Shown piece by piece: positions 1-11,177 of a stretch of 64,000 nt of DNA. A model generated the notes under the pieces. That model did not search any database and was not told where the DNA came from. It saw only the letters and a list, made by a program, of their open reading frames with translations. Both the position numbers and the translations under genes were made by a program. Within the stretch, counting starts at the first letter, position 1. The number at the start of each line of letters is the position of its first letter. Location: contig OZ076409.1 of NCBI GenBank assembly GCA_964187785.1, positions 10,790,001 through 10,854,000 on the forward strand. The letters run 5' to 3'. The DNA comes from Amphiscolops sp. MND2022 (taxonomy: Eukaryota).

Positions 1-501
1 TTCACTTGGATCCGTCGAAGACAAAAACTCAAATTCAGATGAAGAAGTTAACTCAGAAGCAGTGGATAGATTCATTTCACTGTACACTTTATAAACAAAA
101 TTTGCTCGACTGTTGTAGGCTTCAGTTTTGTGGTCAGCATCCGCAGTAGCATCCAGCTTTTGGGGCACAGCCTGGTATACTAGAGACACAGGCACTACCG
201 TGCCCAGGTGGGCACCACATCGTACACGCTGCTGGTTGCTGGTGAGGTTTACCAGGCTCACATACAGTGTTCCTGTTTCACTGACAGTGGCCACGCTGTC
301 CTCTAAAAAGATGGTATTTTGCAATGAGGGATCAGACAACGAGGCGTTAAGCGCCACGGTCTGGAAGATTAATGGTTCAAGCGCGTTGGTGACAAGTTTG
401 GCCTTTGCCACTGTACGCTCGAAAGGCTGTAGGACTAGGTCACTGTCCAGGGTAATGGGGGTAGTTAGCGAAGCGTCACCTACCTGGGTGTGTGCATGAT
501 G
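1..501 (-). pseudogene. pol: pol continuation (region between protease and RT), out of frame with the protease
   Basis: Manual translation from 501 to 1 has no stop (HHAHTQVGDASLTTPITLDSDLVLQPFERTV...LYVSLVNLTSNQQRVRCGAHLGTVVPV...STDPSE). It resembles the beta-rich post-protease segment of gypsy pol. Absent from the ORF track. Confidence 0.75.
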
Positions 502-1090
502 GGTGCTCGCACCACTCGTTCACGGGTGCTCGCACCACTATCTTCATGGAGGTTAGATCTACCAAGACTTGGTAGGAACGGAGGAAGTTTCGACCCAACA
601 GAAAGTCCTCCACGCCCATTGCGTCATCTACCACGACGAAATTGGTTTCGAGTTCATACCCTCCCAACTGGAAGCGTATCTGCTCAGCCAACCCGAAAGT
701 CTTTATTGTCTTCCCATTGGCAGCGTACAAATCAATTTGATAGGGTTTCAGGACCGCACCGGTCCGTGCAGCTACCCGATTGAAGGCGGAGAAGGTTAGT
801 ATGGATACTCCGGAACCAGTGTCCACCAGGCCTCGCAATGGGATAGGTGCCGCATGGGGCACCACAAAGGAGACAACGAGCGACGCACGCTCGTCTATTC
901 GCGCTTCCCCGGTAGGTTCTTGGTGGTTGATATTATAGCATTTCAGCTCTTGAGGTCCCAAGCATAAGCCGGGTGGGAATACATCTACCACCACACAGGC
1001 CTCGATTTTCACGTCCACGCCGTCCATCGTTGCACAGACTGGTACTGGCGAGTATGTAGTCAGGGTCTCCGACTCTCCAGGGACGTGCCA
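476..1090 (-). CDS. pro: retropepsin-type aspartic protease, in frame with gag behind a TAG
   Basis: LVDTGSGVSIL catalytic motif (Asp codon 821-823), YAANG flap and FLLGRNFL motif. The frame is open from 1090 (WHVPGESETLTTYSPVPVCATMDG...). Confidence 0.9.
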   Translation of the reverse strand, partial: WHVPGESETLTTYSPVPVCATMDGVDVKIEACVVVDVFPPGLCLGPQELKCYNINHQEPTGEARIDERASLVVSFVVPHAAPIPLRGLVDTGSGVSILTFSAFNRVAARTGAVLKPYQIDLYAANGKTIKTFGLAEQIRFQLGGYELETNFVVVDDAMGVEDFLLGRNFLRSYQVLVDLTSMKIVVRAPVNEWCEHPSCTHPGR

Positions 1091-3901
1091 CTACTTTGGG
1101 CGGTGCAATTCCAACCGGTTATAGAGGACAGATAGTTCAACCCAAAGTTTCGCCAAGGTTAGCGTGGGTCTACGCACCTGCTCGGCTGCCAGCATAAGAT
1201 GAATCGAGATCAACGTTCTCCCTTGTGGATCGAACGTGGTAGGCTCCAAGCACGTCTGAATCTGCTTTGTCCCGCATGTAACTATCAGTGGGGGGTGAAA
1301 CGCTGGGGGCTCCGCTGGGTGTAGCATTAATACGCGATCATCTTCCAGGGGTACCGTGTGGGCGGCCAAACCAGCGGATTCCACCTCGGCCCATCGATTG
1401 TAGGCCAATTCATCATTAGGCCTCGGAGCTTGAGAATGCTCACTGCAGGAGACATCCACATGGTCATAGACTCCACAGTGCGCACACTGATGAATGCCTG
1501 GATAGTTCTCCAACACGCCATCAGTTACGTCTTCGGCAGTGACTTTCACGCCTTCTGGCTCAGGAGCTGCCACTGGTTTGCGAGCTTGATCGCGGGTGGG
1601 ACAGTCCCGGGCAAAATGCCCAGCTTGTCCGCAATTATAGCACGCGCCAACGGGCAGGCGTGCCGCAGGCTGCACTGCTGCTTGATTGGGGGGAGCATTA
1701 CTCGCTGGTGGGGGAGGCATTACTCCTTGTGGTAACACCAATTTGTTGGGGGGTAGTGGCGCGAAGGGATGAGGTCGAGACCTCATTGCTAGTCTGGGGT
1801 CATAGGGTTGAGGGAATTGGTTAGGTTTGGGACGGTTGAGCTGCAATTGGCGGGTGGTGAAGCGAAGGGATTCCACCGTAGGTGGCTCGGTCAGGAAGAC
1901 TTCCGAGGCATACACTATGGCCAGCTCGCGCCTCAGCGCTGGGTCTCGTACACCTTCCATGAAGCGCTGGAGGATTTCATAGCGCTTGGTGGTGATTGCC
2001 TCTTGTGGGAACCCTTGACTCCGAAGACCCTCTAGAGCGTCTAAATACTGCATCCAGTCTTCTTTCTCTTGTTGAATGCGGCTCTGGAAAGCTTGTCGCA
2101 CTTGCATACGATTTCCTCCAGCGCCGAAGCGGCTGGATAACAATTCGAACACCTTCTCGGGGGTGTCACGTTCAGATTCCGCTTTGTTGATGATGTAGTT
2201 GCGGGCTTCACCTTCAAGGTGACCGATGATGCTCCAAGCCTGGTCCTCGGCTGAGACCTTGGTTTGCGTTCTCTTCAGGTATCTCTGCATAATAAGGATC
2301 CACCCATCAATGGATCCGTTTTTGGACCCGCGATATACATTGGGTCTCGCCTGAGCCAAGTCTCTGCCGGCGAGTAGGGGCGCTAACTCTTGTGACATCG
2401 CCTTTGATATGGCGGCCGTGAATCTCAGCTGCTCGGGGGATATGGCTTCTCCTTCGTCGGCCTTGGCCTCCCCCTCGCGCGTCCTGTCATGACTACCAAG
2501 AGTGGCTTGTATCGACAGGTCAGCGATTTCGTCCTTTTTACGAGTGCTGCTAGCACAGGGAGTGCCCCAGGGGAGTCCATGATCGGCTGACAAGTCTGCG
2601 GTCAAGTATAGGGAATCTGGTCCTGACATCAAAATGGGGGCAGTTGCAAACGTTGCTCCCTCGGTTTGAGAGCCTAGGGTTGCTTTGGTGTTAGATAGAT
2701 CGATTTCAACCGAGGAATCAAGATAGATGGTCGACATCGGGTCCACGCCTTGATCTCGAGTGGTACTCTGGATTGCAGAAGGCATCGATGATTCTGCTGA
2801 GTCGTGATGTCCCCTCATCTGCACTCGTGCAGGCTTGCGCTCTGCCTCAGGTGTGGCTATCACCAAATTTCCGGCTACTCCTTCATCTTTCCGGGGCGCA
2901 GGCACTGCCGACCTGGAAGTGCTAGGCTTTAGCGCGCTCGGCAGTTCCGATTTCACTACCTGGCTCGGGCACGTCGGCTCCGAGACACGGACTGGACCTC
3001 CATTCCTCACGCCTCCATTTGCGCTGGGCTGCCGTGGAAGTGACCTCTCACGCCTCATGACATCAATGGCATTGAGTACCGTGTGCATCTGATTGCTTAA
3101 GTCGTTGATCTGCGTTTCCACGCGCAACTCGCGAGCCATCAACGTGTCATTCATCTCTCCTATCCGGTGACCCAATGTGTCCACTCGAGCATTTTGCACG
3201 TTCTGCGCGGTGCGCAATTGATCACTGACCTGCAGGCCTTCACGCATCGTCGTCTGCATCACTTTAATGTTCTCCACGATGGCAAGATGTTGCTCATTGC
3301 ATTCAGCACGAGTGCTGGCCAGACCTGCAAGGGCCCGTTGGGTTTCGGCTTGGGCATCCAATAGTGCTGCCTTGTATACTGAAGACCGTTGCGACGAGGC
3401 CAATGAGCCTGTCATACTCCTGACACGGGATACCTCTTGACGTGGCTCGCCTACCTGTAGTATGGGTGGTCGCACCTTCTTGTGCTTCCCGTAGGCACAG
3501 ACCCGGGTAGGTCCTCGAGTGGTCCCGAGTTCTCGCTGTCGCGCGTAACTCATGCCTCCCACATAAGTGAGGTCCTGCTCCATGTCGGTTTGTGAGCCAA
3601 GTTGTCTTTCTCCAGCCGGGGGTGCGCGCGAGCACCCTTCCTCAGCCGCCAATTCATCGGTCACATTCGAATTAGGCCAGCCCTCTTCCACTTCATTAGC
3701 TCTATCGCAGCAGGTTTCGTCGACCCACTGCTCAGTTCGACGCGAATTTGCAGAAACACTGGAGTTCTCTGAGGGAGGAACCATAGCGGACAATTCCTCT
3801 TTTCGCTGTTGTTCGATAGTGACTTCGTCAGACATGTCGTCTGAAAAACGCGAACCCTCTATCGTGACCCATGATTGTGAACCGGTATGGGACACCGCCA
3901 T
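1091..3901 (-). CDS. gag: Gag protein (N-terminal coiled coil, capsid domain, two CCHC zinc knuckles)
   Basis: 945-aa ORF; the track start at 3928 is TTG and the first ATG is at 3901. Capsid motifs YRGS..IDGW, HLEGEARNY, LSSRFG and FQSRIQQEKEDWMQY. Knuckles CYNCGQAGHFARDC (1601-1642) and CAHCGVYDHVDVSC (1445-1486). Confidence 0.92.
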   Translation of the reverse strand: MAVSHTGSQSWVTIEGSRFSDDMSDEVTIEQQRKEELSAMVPPSENSSVSANSRRTEQWVDETCCDRANEVEEGWPNSNVTDELAAEEGCSRAPPAGERQLGSQTDMEQDLTYVGGMSYARQRELGTTRGPTRVCAYGKHKKVRPPILQVGEPRQEVSRVRSMTGSLASSQRSSVYKAALLDAQAETQRALAGLASTRAECNEQHLAIVENIKVMQTTMREGLQVSDQLRTAQNVQNARVDTLGHRIGEMNDTLMARELRVETQINDLSNQMHTVLNAIDVMRRERSLPRQPSANGGVRNGGPVRVSEPTCPSQVVKSELPSALKPSTSRSAVPAPRKDEGVAGNLVIATPEAERKPARVQMRGHHDSAESSMPSAIQSTTRDQGVDPMSTIYLDSSVEIDLSNTKATLGSQTEGATFATAPILMSGPDSLYLTADLSADHGLPWGTPCASSTRKKDEIADLSIQATLGSHDRTREGEAKADEGEAISPEQLRFTAAISKAMSQELAPLLAGRDLAQARPNVYRGSKNGSIDGWILIMQRYLKRTQTKVSAEDQAWSIIGHLEGEARNYIINKAESERDTPEKVFELLSSRFGAGGNRMQVRQAFQSRIQQEKEDWMQYLDALEGLRSQGFPQEAITTKRYEILQRFMEGVRDPALRRELAIVYASEVFLTEPPTVESLRFTTRQLQLNRPKPNQFPQPYDPRLAMRSRPHPFAPLPPNKLVLPQGVMPPPPASNAPPNQAAVQPAARLPVGACYNCGQAGHFARDCPTRDQARKPVAAPEPEGVKVTAEDVTDGVLENYPGIHQCAHCGVYDHVDVSCSEHSQAPRPNDELAYNRWAEVESAGLAAHTVPLEDDRVLMLHPAEPPAFHPPLIVTCGTKQIQTCLEPTTFDPQGRTLISIHLMLAAEQVRRPTLTLAKLWVELSVLYNRLELHRPK

Positions 3902-6588
3902 CGGTTCGGTGGCCAACGCGTTTATCAATAGCGACCGAGTTACCGCTCACGATTACTCGGAAGACTCAAATTGGGTCGCCGAACGCACCAGGGTCTTCTA
4001 TTGGAAGCTGATCCCTTGGTCGTCCCGGTGAGCACTTAAGAAATTTGATGGTATTCAACGTCCTAGATTTTTCGAAACACGTTCTAGAGCTCGTAGGCTG
4101 TTCAAATTCGCACAGCGTTTTCCCACAGGCACACTGGGCTAGAAAATCAACTTGATTTGAGGCAAAAAGTCTCCAGTCACCCACAGGAAGAATTTCAAAG
4201 AATTTTTGGATTTTCCAAAAATCGCACAACAACACTCAACAGGCTCGTGTGTGCGCTAGAAGCGCTATATCAAGCCCAAAATTGACCAGAAGATCTTAGG
4301 TACAGGTAGGTTTACGAAAATGAACACAGTTTTGAGCTGCGCCCCTTCTACACAGTTTCACCTAGGTACAGACGTGCGGTACCACTATGTACCGAAATAC
4401 ACTGTTTTTCACGTCTTTTTCAAGATTGCGGTCCACGGGAAAGAGCTAGCAAGCTCAAATTCTCTGCAACAACGTAGGAACTAGCACAAGTTACGATGGA
4501 GGATTGCAATATAGCCCCACCCGTCGGCTAAGGTGCCCGGGTTACTTGGAAAAATTAAGAAAAAACTGCCTTTTTGGACACCTTTTTGGGCTCCACGTTT
4601 TTTCTATTTTCTCGACAAGTATCAGACAGATCGGCACCAAACTTGGTAGTCTATGCCAGCAGGCACCTACAATGCCACTAAAATGGTCGAATTGAAGCGC
4701 GAGCGCTTATTTGAGGTTTCGACCCACTATGCACGTTGTACACGAAAAAACACTGTTTTTGACGACTTTTTTCACAAATTGACCAAGAGGATCACCTCAG
4801 AAAGTGATACGGCAGGCAAAATGGGACCAACGTGTTGCCCCACTATCCGTAGCACTGGGATAAGCCCTCAATTGGTTGTGCCCGTTAGGTATAAGGCACT
4901 GACAGTCCTGCAGTTTTGGATTTTTTCGGCTTTTTTGTGCTTTTCTGAAGTCGAAACGTCAGAGAGCTTTTCTCGACTTTGGTGAGCGATACGCTCGCCA
5001 AATTTTCGGCACCAACGTTAATTATCAAGGCAGTTACGAAAAAGCAACCACTTTTTGGCTAGGGTTCAGGAATCGATGACCCGACCCTAGCTCAGAGACA
5101 GTGCGGTTTTGTGGAAAATTGATCAAATTCAGTGCGTTTTTCCACTTTTCTCGGCACTGAATGGGAGATTTTACACGCGGTTTTCACCACCACGCGTTAT
5201 TTGTATTATAAAAACAGAAAATAGGAGCGCGCGGGCTCCCCGGTCTCGAAAACACTGAGTGCCCCAGAGGTTTTAATGATGCACTCTGGCACTCCTGAAA
5301 CTGGCCAAAAATCAAGGTTTTTCCACTTTTCTCAACGCTGAAAAGGAATTTTTGCATGCGGTTTTCACCACAATGCGTCGTTTTCGCTGCTACAATCGAA
5401 TATGAGAGCGCTCGAGCCCGCTCTCTTCGAATAAGCTTTGCTCTGGGTGTTTTTGGTTAATGCACTTTCTCTACTCGGAACTGCCAAAAATCACAAGTTT
5501 TTCGCACTGTATCAGCCCCAGGCTGCCTGAGTCCGCTACAAAAGTTGCAATTAGTATCCTGAGGGTCAACTACACTTGGGATAGTGCCGTACACTGTCGT
5601 TTTACACTTCCACACTCGTGTACGTTCACATTTTGGGTGCCTTTTTGGCCAAATTTCCACTTTTTTCACATTTTTCGGCATCAAATTGGCACTTTTATCA
5701 CAATCAAAGGCTTCAACTTCGCCTTTCGTGCCTCGTGCCGGCTTTCTCGAGCCTTGCAGCGGCTTTTTCAAAACTTTCCACCAAACTTTCCTGGCTTCTG
5801 TGAGCACTAGTGCTCGAAACCAAGAAAAACACCAAAAAAACGCAAAAATGAGGTTTTTTTCTCCAAGTGCTCTCTTTTTCGCAGAAAAGCACTTCGTAGG
5901 GTGTCGTTACATTTATAGTAGAACGTCACTGACCTGCACCAACGATTCTCCACCGAAAGAGGTGTATTTTCAAAATTTTCGCCAAACATACTCCATCTGA
6001 GCGACTCATCTGGTCATAGGGGGTGCATCTTCACCACGTTATTTCTCCACATCTAGACCAGACAGAAACACGCGGGTGGGACCATTAGCATCGTCTGTCG
6101 TTGCACTTGCTGTCCATCAAAAACCATGCCTCTAGGACGTCTCCACGAGAAATGGGAATAGGAAGTAGGCAACACAAGATTTGTCCCCTCCTTCGCCTCG
6201 CTGGAGCATGGTCAACCATCCAACCGGTACCCTCTTGCACGGCATAAAATGGCTGAAAATAGCTCAAAAAACCTGTTAGACACCCGTAGCCACGTGCTAC
6301 GGTCCTCTACACCTGCAAAGAGGTACCCGCTGATGGGTACACAACACATCACACATAAAGAGCGATTTCCTTCTAAAATGCCCAAAAATACCATTTTCGC
6401 ACCTGAAAACACGTTTTCTTCGGCATTTTCTCTGGTTCAACGCCTCTCCCAGTTCCAGTAAGACGTAATACGACTAAAAAGAGGTAAAACTCTGCTCCTC
6501 TCTCCTGTCCAGAGTCGAAAACGGGCTTGGCGCTGAACACCAGGGGGCCAGATCTTTTAAAAACCGCTAGGGAAAGCTTCCCAAGACG

Positions 6589-6606
6589 ATCCCTCTGTGG
6601 TCGCCA
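6589..6606 (-). other. primer binding site (tRNA-Arg-like)
   Basis: Minus strand TGGCGACCACAGAGGGAT, complementary to a tRNA 3' end ...CCCUCUGUGGUCGCCA. It resembles animal tRNA-Arg(UCG); the assignment is from memory. Confidence 0.75.
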
Positions 6607-6621
6607 AAAAATGAGTTTCTA

Positions 6622-7351
6622 TGTAACGATAAGCGCTGGCGCTTGAACCGCAACGTAGAGTGGAGGAACTAGAACAGCGAATATAATCTGGGACCTAGAT
6701 CTCCGCGGCCCTAGCTCATTTTCCCTCCGAAGGAGCCAGTCCCAAGGTGGGGGAACCGTCTTGTAGGACGCTCTCTGGCCTGGTCCTAGTCTGTAACTGC
6801 TAAAAGTAACAGGCATCTTGCAAGACTCAAGACCACTGCTCAACTAGCCTTTAAAATTTGGGCTGAAAATCGATGAAGGTTGAACCGTAATATTGGAGAA
6901 TCTGATAAAATCGCCAAATTGGATAAACAGATGTTAAACAATAGCTCTCGAGCATATTAATCTACCACATCGAAAAATACAACAAGAAATCAAGAGTTCA
7001 GAGTCATTTGATGAAAATTGACTTCAGGTTCCCAGCGCTAGCGCTAGTTGCCACACAGGATACCGCAGGGATACTCAGGCGAACATCTGGAACACTGGTT
7101 TCCTTTACTGTAGTAATGGATATCTCCTAGAGATTGACACAATACCGTGTTCTGTATGCGTTGGGGACGTCTTTTTAGTCGTCTCCGGTGCTTGTTCGTC
7201 GCGAGCGGCGATTTCTGCTTTTTTGGGGTGCTTTTTTTGGCAGGTACTTCGTCTTGAGCATGTTTGAGTGCCACGTCAAATTTGAACGAATTTTTGACAA
7301 AATTTTCTAAACATGTCGGTTGATATTGCTGTACCAGAGCTTGCCGTTACA
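6622..7351 (-). repeat. 5' LTR (730 bp)
   Basis: Terminal inverted repeat TGTAACGATAAGC / GCTTGCCGTTACA (11/13), next to the PBS. Sequence becomes AT-rich after 7351. The partner LTR and TSD are outside the window. Confidence 0.8.
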
Positions 7352-8953
7352 TATCAAAGCGCGATTCTTTCTGGGAAATTAAAAATCCGAAAAAAGTCCT
7401 ACAGTTACTGACATGTTGCATTATAGGTAATTGAGTAAAGAGATCAAACAAAGGAAGGGGACCCTTCAACCCGTTCGATATTCCTGAGATTTTGGGCTAT
7501 TCTATTCAATGAATGTTCTATAGTGACTTCGACGGGTTGAAAACAAGTCCAACGAAAAACAATTGTTAACGTTAGTCGAAACATTTGGTTCTATTAAGCA
7601 CTGATTTAAAATGGTCAGCTTGTTTTGATGCAGTATTTGAAAAGTTCCTTGCATGCCGACTATGATACTTATCAGTTACATGTTGAGTTTAAAAGGGCAA
7701 TTGCGTTTGTTATACAGCTATTGTTTCCTATCCAAGCATCAATTTCTCAATTTATGACGTAAATGTTAGAAATATAATCTAAATTCCCGGGTTGACCTCC
7801 ATTTAAGAAACATCTAGATCATAAATAGTCATATACGGTAATGCATACAATCCCCATATACGAAAAAAAGTCAAATCAAACAATAGCCATAGCGCGGACT
7901 GAATGCATGACAAATTAGCATAACGTAGTCAATTAACGCTCAGTTTGATAAATTTGTCGGCTGTTGTTTAACCGTGAATCAATTTCTACCAAAAACTAAA
8001 GAATATCATCACAATCACCATTTATTGGTATCTGATGCTGCTTTTGTTTAGGATTCATCTTGTTTGAAGCCAAAATCTCCTTGAAAAGGAGAAAGGATGT
8101 TGAAAAAAGTTGATGCTAGTTTGAAAAAAAAATCGAACAACGTTGTAAAAACTATAGTTTGGGTTTGCAAAAACCTTCAATGCAACCGTTTTCGATAAAG
8201 GAGGTCAAGATGAAGCGATGTGTGGATCTACAGTCATCCTAAACAGCCGAATCAAGGCCATGTTCAAAAAAATTCTTCGGAGTAAACTCAGTTTTACATT
8301 AATCGTTTATGGAAAACATGCAAGTCATATATGTGTGGTTTCTGAAACAACTAAATGTTTTCAAATATCGTCATTGTATGAACTAAGTGTTCCATATGGT
8401 CATAGTTAATACAACGACCATAAATGAAAATATTTCCGTCATAGCATGATTATAAAATGTTTTTTTTTGTATGGCGTCTTATTTCTATATATGGAAATAT
8501 TGTCTTGACTAAATGTTATGCCAAGCCGAGTCCAAGGGGATTTTTTGCAATAATCTCCATCACCTTTCAATTTGATATTATTTGTAATGTCAATAGTAGG
8601 TTAAAATACCTAGATGGTGCAATGCTTTACTAAACAAGTCATTTCATATCCTTTTTTCAGATATGGTTTATCATCAAAAGTTGATATAAGCGTAGGTGTT
8701 TCCGGGTTTTGCTATTTTTGGAGCCAAAGGAACCTAAAAAATGGCCTTTACCTTAACTTTTTCTTTCAGACTATTAACTTTAACTGTACAGACATGTACG
8801 GACAATTTCTGCATATATTTCTGAAAACTCAAAAATTGGTGTATTCTCTACTGCATATATAGTATTTATTATATTTTGGTCGAAATATTTCAGCTTCTAC
8901 TGGAATTTTACACCCGTTTTAGATAACGAGTCTTGAAACTGATTTTTGTTCAG

Positions 8954-9150
8954 GTAAACAATTACTTCATTCTTTCTCTGTCGGTTGCCGATTTTGGAGT
9001 GGGATCCTTTGTAGTGCCAGTGTCTGGAATCTTGATTCTGGCAGACAACCGCTGGATTCTCCCGCAGTTCGTGTGCCAGCTCTGGCTCTCAGCCGATTAC
9101 GTCATGTCAACCGCCTCCATTCTCAATCTCACCGTCCTTTCTGTCGATAG
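8954..9150 (+). CDS. HRH1: histamine H1 receptor-like GPCR, exon encoding TM2-TM3
   Basis: cag|VNNYFILSLSVAD...CQLWLSADYVMSTASILNLTVLSVD(R)|gt; contains the amine-binding D3.32; phase 2 donor. Confidence 0.93.
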
Positions 9151-9181
9151 GTTAGTTTAGAGGTGTAGATTCTATAGCCGA

Positions 9182-9699
9182 CCCTAGTTGGAACTGCTTG
9201 AAGTTTTTACAAGTTTTTGTAGGTCACCAAGCTAATTTTTCATTATTTTATAAAATTCTGAGGGAAATGTCAACACATTAAAACTTCACTGTTTCAATTT
9301 AAATTTACCAAGCTGCCTATAAGATGCATCCTAAATTTGGCGGCAATTTCAAGTCTTGCAGGTTTCTTTAAGACGCAGTTCTAATTTTGAAAGCAGCTGA
9401 AATTTCATCAGTTTTACTGCGATTTCAATGCGAATAATCTTCAGTCACGTTATAAGTTTCAAAGTAGCGTCATATTCAGCGTGCTATTTGACTAACGGTG
9501 ATAACATTAGGTACTCACCTGAGAAACTTACGCGTGAAAACAAACTGAAAAAGTAGAAATATTTTCAGTTTTATTTCAAATAGTGGTAATCCTACAAAAT
9601 GTTTCCATGTATGCTCCCTGAATTTTCCGTTTTTGTAAAATACATTAGCATGCATGTTTCCATGCAGCATGTAAAAAGTTCAAGCAATCCCTACTAGGG
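9182..9699. mobile_element. non-autonomous TIR element, family A (CCCTAG ends), CMC/EnSpm-like
   Basis: CCCTAGT...ACTAGGG termini with 2-bp TSD GA. Confidence 0.75.
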
Positions 9700-11177
9700 G
9701 AGCGAGCTTTAAGACGAAAGAATATAAAGCCGAAAATCTGCAGCCGACATCTACAGATTACCTAATCGTTACTATTAGTGGTGAGCAGGATTAAAAATGT
9801 AGGTAATGTGAAGTACAGCCACATGGCTGCGGTAGCGGTTCGTACAAAAATAGCTTATTTCGTCGTCCAATCATATCCGAGATCGGCTTTGTATTAGTTC
9901 TTCTCAAAGCTCGTTCGGTTATACGAACGGCTACCTAGTTTAAATTACCCCTGATTCAGTGATATAACAAAGTCTGCTTTCAATCATAAAACCTAATTTG
10001 GCTTCAAAATTGTGCTGAAGGTATTACAAAAATTTTTACGACGAATCTTCCGGCGAAAGTAAGTTTATGAAATTAAATAATTCAAGCTATGACCTATTGA
10101 AATTTGCCTCAGGTTTGCTGTGGAACTATATTTCCGAATACTTAACCGATTTTTTGAGGCTATAATCTTCAATCCCATGCACGCGTATCGTGTTTTCAGA
10201 ATTTGCAATCAAGTGTTGAATTCGTCGTTGATACATATTAATTTCGATCATTGTTATTTCGCTTGTTTGTGACTGTAAATTAACTGAATAAACTGCAGTG
10301 AATTTTGGCATTGAATATGTTTATGAATCATAGGAGCAATATAAGCGGATGGTAAGCAAACTGTTTCGGCATTCCGCTCAACGCTGAAGCGAGTTAGGGG
10401 TATCATTGTCAACGTTGAAATGTTGATGTAAAAATCTTGCATTAAACAAGGAAATTTACAAAAAAATGTACCCAAAGTTTCAAACTGTTTGATGACGTCA
10501 TTAATCTCAGTCCCCGAGATGAGGATCCTTTGTATCGAAAAGATTTGAAAAATTCAAAAGTTCCGACATTTCAAAAATGCAAAAAGCAATATCGAGAAGA
10601 AATTGTTGAGCTCTGAGCTAAAAAAAGTTTAGTCGACTAAAGGTTGAACAAAAGTCCCGAAGTGTCGCTCAAAAGTTCTTTGGATGATTCAAATGTCCTG
10701 GCATCTGAAACCCAGAAACCAAAACTTTTTGAAATGAACAGAGACATCAGAGGTTTTGAAGCTGAAAGTTGAAAGAGCCATCCATTAAAGGTTATCTTTT
10801 TATGATATCTTGTTGATTCTGGAAGACATTTCATTTCATCTTACTTTTTTAAAAAAAACTTATAGAAACAAAATTGTGCTTCAGTGCTCGTATTGCGCTT
10901 CAAACATTTTTTTAGTGATTCTGAAAGTCTGTCAGTCTCCAGAAATCTGCCAAGAATATTTTCAGATCTAAAGCCTTCTATTGATGAAGACTTTTATTTT
11001 CCAAAAATAGATTTTGAAAGTTTTAAAAAAGAATAATAAAACTGTTCAAAAGTTTAAGTTCTAAAAATGATGCAATTATTGCACTGTAGATCTTTAGATG
11101 TAAACTAGTTTACTAAATACTTGCTTGTCCGCATAGAAAATATGATTCCCTTCGTATATCATACAAAAGTTTCCCTT

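Larger units (their letters stand above)
1..7351 (-). mobile_element. Ty3/gypsy-type LTR retrotransposon, 5' half (LTR-PBS-leader-gag-pro-pol start); runs off the left edge; probably inactive
   Basis: On the minus strand: LTR with TGTAACG...CGTTACA ends, tRNA-like PBS, gag with capsid motifs and CCHC knuckles, then a DTG aspartic protease. In-frame TAG at 1091-1093 and a frameshift near 500-523. RT and integrase lie outside the window, so the superfamily is inferred from gag, protease and LTR style. Confidence 0.88.

Noticed and set aside
128..4031. + strand ORFs (128-499, 1358-1735, 3567-4031 and others)
   Set aside because: Antisense shadows of gag-pol with no recognisable motifs.
3966..4235. 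Upstream extension of gag
   Set aside because: Different frame, intervening stops and no motif support.
10430..11090. Possible decayed coding sequence (KIVLQCSYC-type motif) on the + strand
   Set aside because: Multiple stops and no family I can recognise.
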